DNA from: an archaeon
GTDB lineage: Archaea > B1Sed10-29 > WALL01 > JAGHAM01
NCBI GenBank assembly: GCA_021107635.1
Contig: JAIOSL010000007.1
Location: 36,188-100,187, forward strand
DNA length: 64,000 nucleotides
Direction: 5' to 3'
In this document: positions 9,243 through 18,187 of the stretch, piece after piece
Position numbering within the stretch: the first letter of the stretch is position 1
How the letters are laid out: the number at the start of each line of letters is the position of its first letter
Made by a program: the position numbers and the translations under genes
Notes under the pieces: model-generated
The model's input: the letters and a program-made list of their open reading frames with translations, nothing else
Databases searched by the model: none
Told to the model about the DNA's origin: nothing

Positions 9243-10556
9243 ATGAAAGTTCTTCTAATTGGAAATGGAGCAAGAGAACATTGCATGGCAGAAGCACTAG
9301 CAAAAGATAGTACTGTTTTTGCTTTCATGAAAGCTAAGAACCCTGGCATAGCAAAAATTTCAGAGAAAGTTCAATTAGGTTCACTAATTGATTTTGAATT
9401 AATCAAAGAATTCGCAGAACAAGTAACTCCTGACTTCATACTTGTAGGTCCTGAAAATCCATTAGCAGAAGGATTCGTTGATGTAATAACTGAGTTTCCT
9501 GTAGTTGGACCAGATAAGACGCTGGCTAACCTAGAATCAGACAAAGGATTCTGCAGAGAACTTTTGAAAAGACACAATGTTCCAGGGAACATTGAATTTC
9601 AATCTTGTACTTCTTTTGAAGAAGTAGAAGAAGCCTTGGATTGCATCCAAAATCCTGTAGTCAAAGCAGCAGGTTTGGCTGGCGGAAAAGGAGTTAAAGT
9701 AATGGGAGAACACTTGCATAGCATAAGTGAAGCTAAAGCTTATGCAAAACAAATTTTAGATTGTGAAGTAGGACTCACTCCAAGAGTAATAATTGAAGAA
9801 AAACTTGAAGGAGAGGAATTTTCACTGCAAGCGTTTGTTGATGGTAACAAAGTTGTGGCTATGCCTTTAGTTCAAGACCACAAATATGCTTACGATGGAG
9901 ACAAAGGCCCGTTGACTGGTGGTATGGGATCATATTCAGCAGCAAATCATTTGCTTCCATTTTTATCAGAACATGACAAAAGACAAGCTCTTGGAATCAT
10001 GCAAGCTACTGTCGACGCACTGAAAAAAGACACTTGGAAAGGATACAAAGGAGTGTTGTATGGGGGCTTCATGCTAACTACAGACGGCGTGAAACTCTTA
10101 GAATACAATGTGCGTTTCGGAGACCCAGAAGCAATGAACGTCTTGCCAATAATGGAAAACTCTTTTTCTGAAGTATGTATGGATATCATCGAAGGCGATC
10201 TAGAGAGCATTGACTTCCAGCATAAAGCCACGGTCTGCAAGTATGTTGTTCCAGAAGGATATCCAGATAATCCCGTGAACAACCAGAAAATAGAAGTAAA
10301 CTCAGAATGCGCAAACACCTACTATGCTTCAGTGGATCAGCGCGATGATGGCTTGTACATGTCTTCTTCTAGGGCAGTAGCGTTCGTAGGAATCGCAGAC
10401 ACAATCGGAGAAGCAGAGCAAGTTGCAGGCAGCGCGCTTAATGGAGTTAGTGGTCCTGTGTTTTATCGTAAGGATATTGGCACTAAACTTCTTGTAACCA
10501 AAAGAATAGAGCATATGCGATCTTTAGGCAAAGAATTGCCTGATGTAGAATTTTAG
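9243..10556 (+). CDS. purD: Phosphoribosylamine-glycine ligase
   Basis: GNGAREH, GPENPL, GLAGGKGV, QDHK...GPLTGGMGSYS and EYNVRFGDPE motifs. Confidence 0.97.
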   Translation: MKVLLIGNGAREHCMAEALAKDSTVFAFMKAKNPGIAKISEKVQLGSLIDFELIKEFAEQVTPDFILVGPENPLAEGFVDVITEFPVVGPDKTLANLESDKGFCRELLKRHNVPGNIEFQSCTSFEEVEEALDCIQNPVVKAAGLAGGKGVKVMGEHLHSISEAKAYAKQILDCEVGLTPRVIIEEKLEGEEFSLQAFVDGNKVVAMPLVQDHKYAYDGDKGPLTGGMGSYSAANHLLPFLSEHDKRQALGIMQATVDALKKDTWKGYKGVLYGGFMLTTDGVKLLEYNVRFGDPEAMNVLPIMENSFSEVCMDIIEGDLESIDFQHKATVCKYVVPEGYPDNPVNNQKIEVNSECANTYYASVDQRDDGLYMSSSRAVAFVGIADTIGEAEQVAGSALNGVSGPVFYRKDIGTKLLVTKRIEHMRSLGKELPDVEF

Positions 10557-11647
10557 TATTTTATTTCAAATTCTTTTGATTCGATTTCGTACCAGTCTTC
10601 TTGTTCAAGGTCTCTTTTATATTTCATTACCATTTTGTATGTTCCTTCTGGTACCGGTTTGAATGGTTCTTCTTCTACATGATGATAAAATGTTTGCCCC
10701 CAAGACAGTTCAATGCTATCTTTTGCTGGAACTTCATAGCAATGGTATGGTTCATTATCCATTGAGCAGAGTTTGCCGGGTTCAAACGTGGTGAATTCCT
10801 GCCAATTGCCTTGGAACAACCAGTTAACCGTGAACGGATGTTTGTTACAGTTGGTCAAGCCATACGCAAAATAGCAGATTTGCTGGTCAAGGTTGTTGGT
10901 TAGTTTTATTGTAACAGTTTCGCCCATTCCGTAAACGTCTTTATTAGTGCTCAAGCCTACTGCAGGACCTGGAACTTCTTTTTCAATGCACGTACATGTG
11001 CCAAGTGGTAGTTCATTGTCACATTCCTGGCCTGCTAAACAATCTTCATCTGTTTTACATTCATCACTAGCAGTACATCCTGCTGGTTCTTCTTCAATGC
11101 ACTTGCAGGTTCCTTGTTCCACGTCATTATCACAATAGCCGGTTTCACAATCTGAATTACTTTCACATTCTGCTCCACATTCTTTAGAGCAATAAGCAGG
11201 TTCTAAAGTTCCAGTACAAGTGTTATCTTTGCATTCTATTCCTGCTTTGAATGGAGTCTCCGCTGATTCGCCTCCAATTTCGCTGGGTTGACAGAACTCA
11301 CAATCTTCAACAGTTTCACAATAATTAGAAAGTTCTGTTTTTTCTTTACAAAAACAAGCGTTGCAGTCCTTTCCTTCTGAGCATTCTGGCATACCATTAC
11401 CACATTCTGCTCCACAGGCTTCCACACAAGTTTGAATAAGACTTGTTTGACACTGGCCGTTTTTACATTCTCCTGGCTGGCCAAAACCAGAGCCAGGTGC
11501 AGTACATAAAGCATATGAGGTGCACTCAGAATCAGATGAACAGGAGTTACTTTTTTGTAATCCTGGTAAACTCACTGCTATTAAAATAATTATTATTGCT
11601 ATGAATGCTAGAACAGCTATTCCTGCGTACAATTTTTTTTCTTTCAT
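10553..11647 (-). CDS. Membrane-anchored Cys-rich repeat protein with a C-terminal Ig-like domain
   Basis: N-terminal TM helix; repeated CxxDxxC and CGAEC units; TNKDVYGMGETVTIKLTN...PEGTYK Ig-like signature. Confidence 0.75.
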   Translation of the reverse strand: MKEKKLYAGIAVLAFIAIIIILIAVSLPGLQKSNSCSSDSECTSYALCTAPGSGFGQPGECKNGQCQTSLIQTCVEACGAECGNGMPECSEGKDCNACFCKEKTELSNYCETVEDCEFCQPSEIGGESAETPFKAGIECKDNTCTGTLEPAYCSKECGAECESNSDCETGYCDNDVEQGTCKCIEEEPAGCTASDECKTDEDCLAGQECDNELPLGTCTCIEKEVPGPAVGLSTNKDVYGMGETVTIKLTNNLDQQICYFAYGLTNCNKHPFTVNWLFQGNWQEFTTFEPGKLCSMDNEPYHCYEVPAKDSIELSWGQTFYHHVEEEPFKPVPEGTYKMVMKYKRDLEQEDWYEIESKEFEIKY

Positions 11648-11679
11648 TTGTTTTCACCCAGCACGTAGACATGCACGGA

Positions 11680-12228
11680 CTATTTATTTAAAACTTTCTT
11701 GATGTCTTCTAAAAGTAATGGAAATGTTTCATATCCTGCGTCTCTGTTAAAGTGGCCTGCATTTTCAACTATTGTAGGCTCTATGCCCAGATTTTTTGCC
11801 AGTTCCTTCCCTGTTTTTAGATTTATGTATGGGTCAGTAGTAGAAGAATATGATTTTATGTGTTTACAGTTTTGTTTTATGTTTTCCCAGTTTACTGGAC
11901 CATAAAAACTGCTATTAAGAAAGTCTAGTGCTAGGTCTCCTATTTTATCGTGGAATCCGGCTACCAGAAAAGCTGCTTTCGCAGGATTTTTTCCCAAATA
12001 TCTTAGTATGAAAGCTGCTCCAAGACTGTGTCCTACTAAAATGCTTTCTTTATCAACTGCATATTCACTGAATTTTTTGTTCCAGTTGTTAAGGGTTTGT
12101 CTTGCTGGAGTAGGAAAAGAGGGTACAAACACTTCACAGCCTACTTTTTCTAACTGCATTTTTAGCCAGGGAAGCCAATTTTCTTCTGGGAATCCATAAA
12201 CGCCATGTATCATGAATACCTTCGTCAT
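11680..12228 (-). CDS. RBBP9/YdeN-family serine hydrolase
   Basis: IHG...NWLPWL, GHSLG nucleophile elbow, STTDPY and AGHFN. Confidence 0.92.
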   Translation of the reverse strand: MTKVFMIHGVYGFPEENWLPWLKMQLEKVGCEVFVPSFPTPARQTLNNWNKKFSEYAVDKESILVGHSLGAAFILRYLGKNPAKAAFLVAGFHDKIGDLALDFLNSSFYGPVNWENIKQNCKHIKSYSSTTDPYINLKTGKELAKNLGIEPTIVENAGHFNRDAGYETFPLLLEDIKKVLNK

Positions 12229-12246
12229 GTTAGTTCCAACTCTCTT

Positions 12247-13743
12247 CTAGTTTATATCCTCTTCTGATTTAATCACATACTCTACAAGTTTTTCTGGTAT
12301 GCCTACGGTGGAAGCAATGCTGAATGCTTCTATCATTTTGGTTATTCCCTCATATGCTCTAATTTCTTCTGAAAAAGCCGGTTTTCCTTTTCCATCACGT
12401 ACTTTATTTTCTTCTGGAAAAACATGTTCCATTTTATTTAAAACGTTTTCAGCGATTCCCAATGAGATTGAATAAGTGAGAATCTGGTCCCAAAGATGAA
12501 CATGCAGAGGCGGATGATCTTCCATGTTACTGAAGTCTCGAACATACCGTCTGAACGCTTTCCATCTTTTGAAGTGCAAGTTACCCTTACTACTTTTTAA
12601 GAGTAGTTCACCTTTGGCATATCTTCTTAGTCCTATTCCAAAAAGTGTTCCAAAGAAAAAGAATGAGAACGGCGTGACAGGCAAAAGCACTGAGATCAAA
12701 TTTCCAATGTATGCATCCCCTCCAAAAGCAAAAAATATTGCTGTCAGGATGGGTATTAGCACTATGCTTATGAGCAGTTTATCAAAGTTTTTGTAGTCCA
12801 CTTTTCCTTTTCGAATGCTTTTAATGAGTACTTGTAAACCGCTTGTAGCCAATTCAATTATTTTTGCTAGAACATAAGTCCAAATTAGGATTGATGAAAG
12901 TATAATAGCTAAAATTGTCAGTGTGCCTACGATTCCACCACCCATTAAAACATAAAGTGATGCCCTTCCATATTCTTCAGGAACTCTAATTAGTACTCCA
13001 CAACTTACAATAGACAATACGGTTATTGCAGCTATGCCTGCATATATGTTTACTAAAAGTTCAAAACGTGCTAGTCCTTCCCTACTAAAGTTTAACAGGT
13101 CCATTCTGTTAACTTCATCTCTTACTAAGTAAGCCCAATGAGGGAAAAAGCTGTTAAACCAATTATGTTCTTTTATTGTTTCATCTCGAATTTGGGAAAA
13201 TGAAAGCTTGCCTTCTGCTTTAATACTTTCTTTAACGAGAAGATCATAGACTATTCTAACACTCGTTATTTTTGGTCCCGTCTCTTTTTTTATTTTTATG
13301 ATATAATCCTTCCCAGCTTTTTCAAGTTCAATGTAACCCAAATTTTTCAAGTAGAATATAGTAGCAAGAAAATCTCTCGGTAATGGTAATTCATGCATTT
13401 CATTCATTAATGCACCTACATACGCAGGAGGATAATCATAGGGGGGCTGTTGTTCGTATTCATTATGATAGCTTGAGTATTCTTCTCTCCCATATTTTTT
13501 GTGAATGTATGCTAGATATACAAAAATTGATGCTGCTCCTAAGACAGCTGCAAAAAGGTGTGCTATAGCAAGAGAATATGGCAATGCATTCTCAAAATAT
13601 TTTGTTGCAAAAAGTCCCAGCGGGTACATTATTGCTAGGCATGCTAATGGAAGAACTATGCCTATCATTGGAAATAGTACTATCATCAATTGGTTTTTCC
13701 AGTTTCCTTTAGGCATACAGTTATTTTTACAATCAGCGCGCAT
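12247..13743 (-). CDS. DUF2207-like membrane protein
   Basis: PPYDYPPAYVGAL, ATIFYLKNLGYI and WKAFRRYVRDFS...LWDQILTYSISLG motifs; multiple TM helices. Confidence 0.75.
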   Translation of the reverse strand: MRADCKNNCMPKGNWKNQLMIVLFPMIGIVLPLACLAIMYPLGLFATKYFENALPYSLAIAHLFAAVLGAASIFVYLAYIHKKYGREEYSSYHNEYEQQPPYDYPPAYVGALMNEMHELPLPRDFLATIFYLKNLGYIELEKAGKDYIIKIKKETGPKITSVRIVYDLLVKESIKAEGKLSFSQIRDETIKEHNWFNSFFPHWAYLVRDEVNRMDLLNFSREGLARFELLVNIYAGIAAITVLSIVSCGVLIRVPEEYGRASLYVLMGGGIVGTLTILAIILSSILIWTYVLAKIIELATSGLQVLIKSIRKGKVDYKNFDKLLISIVLIPILTAIFFAFGGDAYIGNLISVLLPVTPFSFFFFGTLFGIGLRRYAKGELLLKSSKGNLHFKRWKAFRRYVRDFSNMEDHPPLHVHLWDQILTYSISLGIAENVLNKMEHVFPEENKVRDGKGKPAFSEEIRAYEGITKMIEAFSIASTVGIPEKLVEYVIKSEEDIN

Positions 13744-13745
13744 TT

Positions 13746-14312
13746 TTAAGCTTTTTTGAATTCTTTTTCAAATTCTTGAGTGAATCTTTCCCATGATTCA
13801 GCGGTTTTTTCCATTCTTTTGTTTGCTTCTTCTATAATCAAGCGAAAATAGCTTTCATCGATGAGTATTTCCTTCTTTTTCACTGGAAGTCCAAGCTTGT
13901 AAGTACCTTCTAGTTCAATCTGAATTCTCTCTGGAGCAATACTGAATACTCCTCCTCTTTTGAGGCCTGCATTTGCTTTAACTCGTAAGAACTTGGTTGC
14001 CGTTTCTATGTTTTTACATGAGATGTGCAGGATGAGAGAATCATTTTTTAGCCATATGAATTCGCCTTTAGCTTTGTTGAGCTGTTCCCACGCTTCTTCA
14101 AATGTTGTGGTGCGATGAATTTTCCACAAGAAATTAGCATTTTTTTTAGAAAAACCAGGTAAATCAATAAACACTATCCTACCATAACAGGAAGAACTAG
14201 TAATAAGCTCTGGCACCGAATTAATCAGATCAAGATAAGGTTTGACTTCTGGGTCGCATCCTTCCTTTTCAAGCTTTGCGAGTAAGTGTTGTTTGAGTTG
14301 GTTCCATGTCAT
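13746..14312 (-). CDS. taw3: tRNA wyosine-pathway methyltransferase Taw3/Tyw3
   Basis: D...LDLINS...TSSSCYGRI and ILHISC motifs. Confidence 0.88.
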   Translation of the reverse strand: MTWNQLKQHLLAKLEKEGCDPEVKPYLDLINSVPELITSSSCYGRIVFIDLPGFSKKNANFLWKIHRTTTFEEAWEQLNKAKGEFIWLKNDSLILHISCKNIETATKFLRVKANAGLKRGGVFSIAPERIQIELEGTYKLGLPVKKKEILIDESYFRLIIEEANKRMEKTAESWERFTQEFEKEFKKA

Positions 14313-14316
14313 ATGC

Positions 14317-15276
14317 TCACTTTGTTAAAAGTGCTAGCTGAGCAAGAAATGCTTCTAGCTGGATGCGTTCGTTAGCGCCTTCGCTTACTCTAAAATCAGT
14401 TTCTCCGATTTTATCTATTAACTTTAATTTCAGTTCATCTGAAATGCTTTCGTTCCTGATAATCTCAGAATTTAATTGAAAAAGCACATCTTCTCCAGAT
14501 AAAGAATATTCATACATTAATTTGTCAAGCTGATCTCGAGCATTAATGAACTCACCTTTTGTGGCAAGATCAATCATTTTTTTGACTTCTTCGGGTCTAG
14601 CTTTTGAGGTGACTTTGTAAACAGTATCTTCGTCAATATGTTCCGAAGTGGAACTTACTACTTGAAGTACGTTAACAGCTTTTCTCATGTCTCCTTGAGA
14701 AACATAAACAATAGCTTCCAACGCTTTTTTATCTAGAGTCAAGCCCTCTTCTTTAGCAATGTATTCAACTCGCGTTTTCATGTTATCTTCTGATAAAGGA
14801 GTAAACCTAAAAATCGCGCAGCGTGATTGAATTGGAGGTATTAACTTAGATGAATAGTTACAGCTAAGTATGAATCTGCATGTGCGAGAGTAACGTTCCA
14901 TTGTGCGTCTTAAAGCATTCTGTGCGTCTCTGGTGAGGGAATCACTTTCGTCAAGAAAAATGATCTTGAATGGCACATTACCTAAAGATAATGTTGCAGC
15001 AAAATCTTTTACTTTTTCGCGTATTACATTAATTCCACGTTCATCACTTGCATTTAACTCAAGAAAACTTCTGCGCAGTTCTTCTCCGTAAAGTTCATGC
15101 GCTAAAGCGAGGGCAGATGCAGTTTTGCCAATCCCTGCTCTCCCAGTGAAAAGCAGATTAGGCATGTTTTTGCTTTTTGCGTAAGCTTTCAGGCGTTTTA
15201 CTACCTCTTCTTGTCCAACCACTTCGCTTAAAACGTGTGGCCTGTATTTTTCTGTCCATGGTAGTTCTGCTTCCAT
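14317..15276 (-). CDS. rfcS: Replication factor C small subunit
   Basis: PWTEKYRP, GRAGIGKT, ELNASDERG, AQNALRRTME and IQSRC; no intein. Confidence 0.97.
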   Translation of the reverse strand: MEAELPWTEKYRPHVLSEVVGQEEVVKRLKAYAKSKNMPNLLFTGRAGIGKTASALALAHELYGEELRRSFLELNASDERGINVIREKVKDFAATLSLGNVPFKIIFLDESDSLTRDAQNALRRTMERYSRTCRFILSCNYSSKLIPPIQSRCAIFRFTPLSEDNMKTRVEYIAKEEGLTLDKKALEAIVYVSQGDMRKAVNVLQVVSSTSEHIDEDTVYKVTSKARPEEVKKMIDLATKGEFINARDQLDKLMYEYSLSGEDVLFQLNSEIIRNESISDELKLKLIDKIGETDFRVSEGANERIQLEAFLAQLALLTK

Positions 15277-15300
15277 CTTCCTCACTCGTAAGTTAATAAA

Positions 15301-15317
15301 CGAAAAGGTATATAAAA
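15301..15317 (+). promoter_or_regulatory. BRE + TATA box upstream of the YbjQ-family gene
   Basis: CGAAAAGG-TATATAAAA about 30 nt upstream of ATG 15346. Confidence 0.55.
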
Positions 15318-15345
15318 GGTGGGCGGCCTATTAATAGGGATAATC

Positions 15346-15714
15346 ATGGCCAAAAAGAAAAATTGGAAGGAGGCTGAAACTGAATTGGAAGGAATTCCAG
15401 TAGCAACTTCTGAAGCAATTCCAGGATATACAATCAAAGCATACAAAGGTTACGTTTGGGGAACTACAGTTAAGGCCCGATTTATCGGTCATGACATCAT
15501 TGCAGCTGTTAAGATGTTGATTGGGGGAGAAATTGATCAATATACTAACATGATTAACGAGGCAAAACTTGAAGCAGTTCACAAAATGGTCAAAAATGCG
15601 AAAGCATTGGATGCTAATGCTGTGATAAGCGTACGCGCAGGCACTGCACAAGTGTTGCCGGGTACAGTTGAAATATTCTGTTATGGTACTGCAGTAGAAG
15701 TTATTCCAGAATGA
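15346..15714 (+). CDS. YbjQ/UPF0145 family protein
   Basis: IGGEIDQYTNMINEAK...LDANAVI...YGTAV motif. Confidence 0.9.
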   Translation: MAKKKNWKEAETELEGIPVATSEAIPGYTIKAYKGYVWGTTVKARFIGHDIIAAVKMLIGGEIDQYTNMINEAKLEAVHKMVKNAKALDANAVISVRAGTAQVLPGTVEIFCYGTAVEVIPE

Positions 15715-15725
15715 GGTGTTAATTA

Positions 15726-16118
15726 ATGGATAAAAAAGTTTCTCTTATAGCGTCAGGAGCAGTTTTTCTTCTGGTTTTAGTGGTAATACTTTCATACTTA
15801 AACATATTATTTATTTCTCTTGCTTCAATAGCACTTGGATTTTATTTTATCGGATTGGCTTTTCCTGAAATTTTCAAAAAAATAAAATATGCTCATACCA
15901 TTTGGGTTCCTATTGGATTCACACTTGCCGGTTTTATTGGATTTTCATTCCTTTTCGGACAAAACACTTTTCCGATAATATTTTCTTCCAACTGGTGCTC
16001 TAAACTGCCTTGTTTTCCTTTGTATATCTTTTTTGTTGCTTTCGCAATGGGTAACATGGCAAACTGGCTTAGTTACTTTTTGGTAGGCGAAGAACTCAAT
16101 TTGATTGAAGGACAATGA
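15726..16118 (+). CDS. Hypothetical membrane protein
   Basis: GAGGTG RBS; about 4 hydrophobic helices; ATGA overlap with the next gene. Confidence 0.7.
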   Translation: MDKKVSLIASGAVFLLVLVVILSYLNILFISLASIALGFYFIGLAFPEIFKKIKYAHTIWVPIGFTLAGFIGFSFLFGQNTFPIIFSSNWCSKLPCFPLYIFFVAFAMGNMANWLSYFLVGEELNLIEGQ

Positions 16119-17356
16119 AAGCATACGTGGAAACTTATGGTTGTACGCTTAATCAAGCTGATTCAAAGATAATCGAAGGCATACTCTTGAAAGAAGGCGT
16201 AGAGCTCGTAGACAATCCAAAAAAAGCAGACATAATTTTTTTGAATACCTGTGCAGTTAAAAACGCTACTGAAAACAGAATGCTCAGCAGGATACGCAAA
16301 CTCGATGCTAACAAGCTAGTGGTATGTGGATGTCTGCCAAAAATTAATGAAAAAGAAATACGAAAAGCAAGCAAATGTGTTTTATTAGACACAAACTCTC
16401 TTGATAAAATTCCTTATCTCTTAAAAGAACGCAGAGATTTTTTCTCGCAAAAACACTTGAACAAACTTGAACTGCCTTTTGCCGCGCAAGGCATAATTGC
16501 AGCAATACCTATAGCAGAAGGATGTTTAGGCAATTGTGCGTTCTGTGCAACCAGAAATGCAAGAGGAATGCTCACCAGTTATCCAATCAAAGACATCAAG
16601 CTTGCTGTTGAGCAGGTTATACAACAAGGAGCAAAAGAAATCCGCTTGACTGCTGAAGACACTGGATTTTATGGTTGGGATAAAGGCACTTCATTGACAG
16701 TTTTAATGGAAAAACTTTGTGAAATTCCCGGAAAGTTTAAGATACGCATAGGAATGATGGATCCTTTCGCAGCATACACGCAATTACCCGATCTACTCAA
16801 GGCATTTGATAATGAAAAAATATACCAATTTGTTCATTTGCCAGTGCAAGCAGGCAGCGATTGCGTGCTGAAAACAATGAACCGTAAATATTCTGCAAGC
16901 GAGTTCATTGAAGTCACTGATGCTTTCCGAGATAAATTTCCAGACATGACATTAGCAACAGATATCATCGTAGGTTTTCCAGAGGAAACAAAAAAAGATT
17001 TTCAGAAGACGCTTGAACTTCTTAAACAAGTTAAACCAGAAGTCATAAACATCTCAATGTTCTATCCAAGACCAAACACTCCTGCTTCAAAAATGAAAAA
17101 ACTGCCGACACAAACTCTTAAAGAAAGAAGTCGGGCTTGTACGCTTCTCCGTGAGAAAATTTCTTTACAAGCAAATGAACGTTTTGTCGACAAGATTTTT
17201 GAAGTAACTGTTCTTGAGAAAGGTAGAAAAGGAGGTTTTATAGCACGACTTCCTAACTACAAACAAGCCCTGTTAGAGCAAGCAGAAATAGGAGAAACAA
17301 CTAAAATCAGAATAATTAAAGCATTTCCAACCTATCTCAAAGCACAAAGATTGTAA
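16115..17356 (+). CDS. tRNA methylthiotransferase, MiaB/MtaB-like radical SAM enzyme (archaeal e-MtaB type)
   Basis: ETYGCTLNQADS, NTCAVK, GCLP, radical SAM motif GCLGNCAFC, TDIIVGFP and a C-terminal TRAM-like domain. Confidence 0.93.
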   Translation: MKAYVETYGCTLNQADSKIIEGILLKEGVELVDNPKKADIIFLNTCAVKNATENRMLSRIRKLDANKLVVCGCLPKINEKEIRKASKCVLLDTNSLDKIPYLLKERRDFFSQKHLNKLELPFAAQGIIAAIPIAEGCLGNCAFCATRNARGMLTSYPIKDIKLAVEQVIQQGAKEIRLTAEDTGFYGWDKGTSLTVLMEKLCEIPGKFKIRIGMMDPFAAYTQLPDLLKAFDNEKIYQFVHLPVQAGSDCVLKTMNRKYSASEFIEVTDAFRDKFPDMTLATDIIVGFPEETKKDFQKTLELLKQVKPEVINISMFYPRPNTPASKMKKLPTQTLKERSRACTLLREKISLQANERFVDKIFEVTVLEKGRKGGFIARLPNYKQALLEQAEIGETTKIRIIKAFPTYLKAQRL

Positions 17357-17410
17357 ATACGTTTTTGCAATAAGTCAATGATTAAATAAAGGGTTGACTA
17401 CAAATATTAC

Positions 17411-18175
17411 ATGCTCAAATTCGTCACGGATTCGATTGAAACATATCTTGAAGCCTGGCGGCTCATTTTAGTCTTAGGTTTCATTGTTTTTGCTATACTC
17501 CTCTTTCTTACAAGCTTCTTCACTTATGTTGTAGCAGGGGCTGGGTTCATACGCTATTCCTCACTTCTTGGAGGAGAATTCGATTATGTGCAACTATTCA
17601 TTCTTGCAGTAATCTCCCTACTAAGCCTTTTCTGCCTAGCGTTTTTATCCGTAGGAGTGACAATGATAGTCAAACTAAAACGCTCTCTTGACGACATAGA
17701 GTTCCTAAAATTCATAATAAGATTTCCTCGATACATCTCCAGATTAATGCTCTGGTGGATAATACTTGGAGCAATCACCTTCATAATCACTATTTCATTC
17801 AACGCAATCGGTGCACCAACATGGATATCAGCTCTAGCAATGCTATTACTCTGGGCATTTTTTATCTTCCTCCCTCAATCCCTGGTTCTTCATGACACTG
17901 GCTTCTGGGATGCACTTAAAGAAAGCTCTCAATATTGCATGAAAAGACCTGGAGCAGTCATATTGTATTATTTAATCAGCAGTTTCTTGTTGTTTGTTCT
18001 AGTATGCCTAGAAGTAATATTTGGACAGTTTTTTCTGGGAGACATGTCTCTTACATGGATAGCCGTAATAACAAATTCTCTGCTATTATTCATAGTTTTC
18101 ATCCCGTTCCTTGAGATCATCAAAGCAAACGTTTTCGTAGCAAGGTACAGGCTCCTAACACTCGGACTTAAATAA
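17411..18175 (+). CDS. Hypothetical multi-pass membrane protein
   Basis: About 6 TM helices; lies 12 nt upstream of pyrG on the same strand. Confidence 0.75.
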   Translation: MLKFVTDSIETYLEAWRLILVLGFIVFAILLFLTSFFTYVVAGAGFIRYSSLLGGEFDYVQLFILAVISLLSLFCLAFLSVGVTMIVKLKRSLDDIEFLKFIIRFPRYISRLMLWWIILGAITFIITISFNAIGAPTWISALAMLLLWAFFIFLPQSLVLHDTGFWDALKESSQYCMKRPGAVILYYLISSFLLFVLVCLEVIFGQFFLGDMSLTWIAVITNSLLLFIVFIPFLEIIKANVFVARYRLLTLGLK

Positions 18176-18187
18176 GGTGATCAAAAA

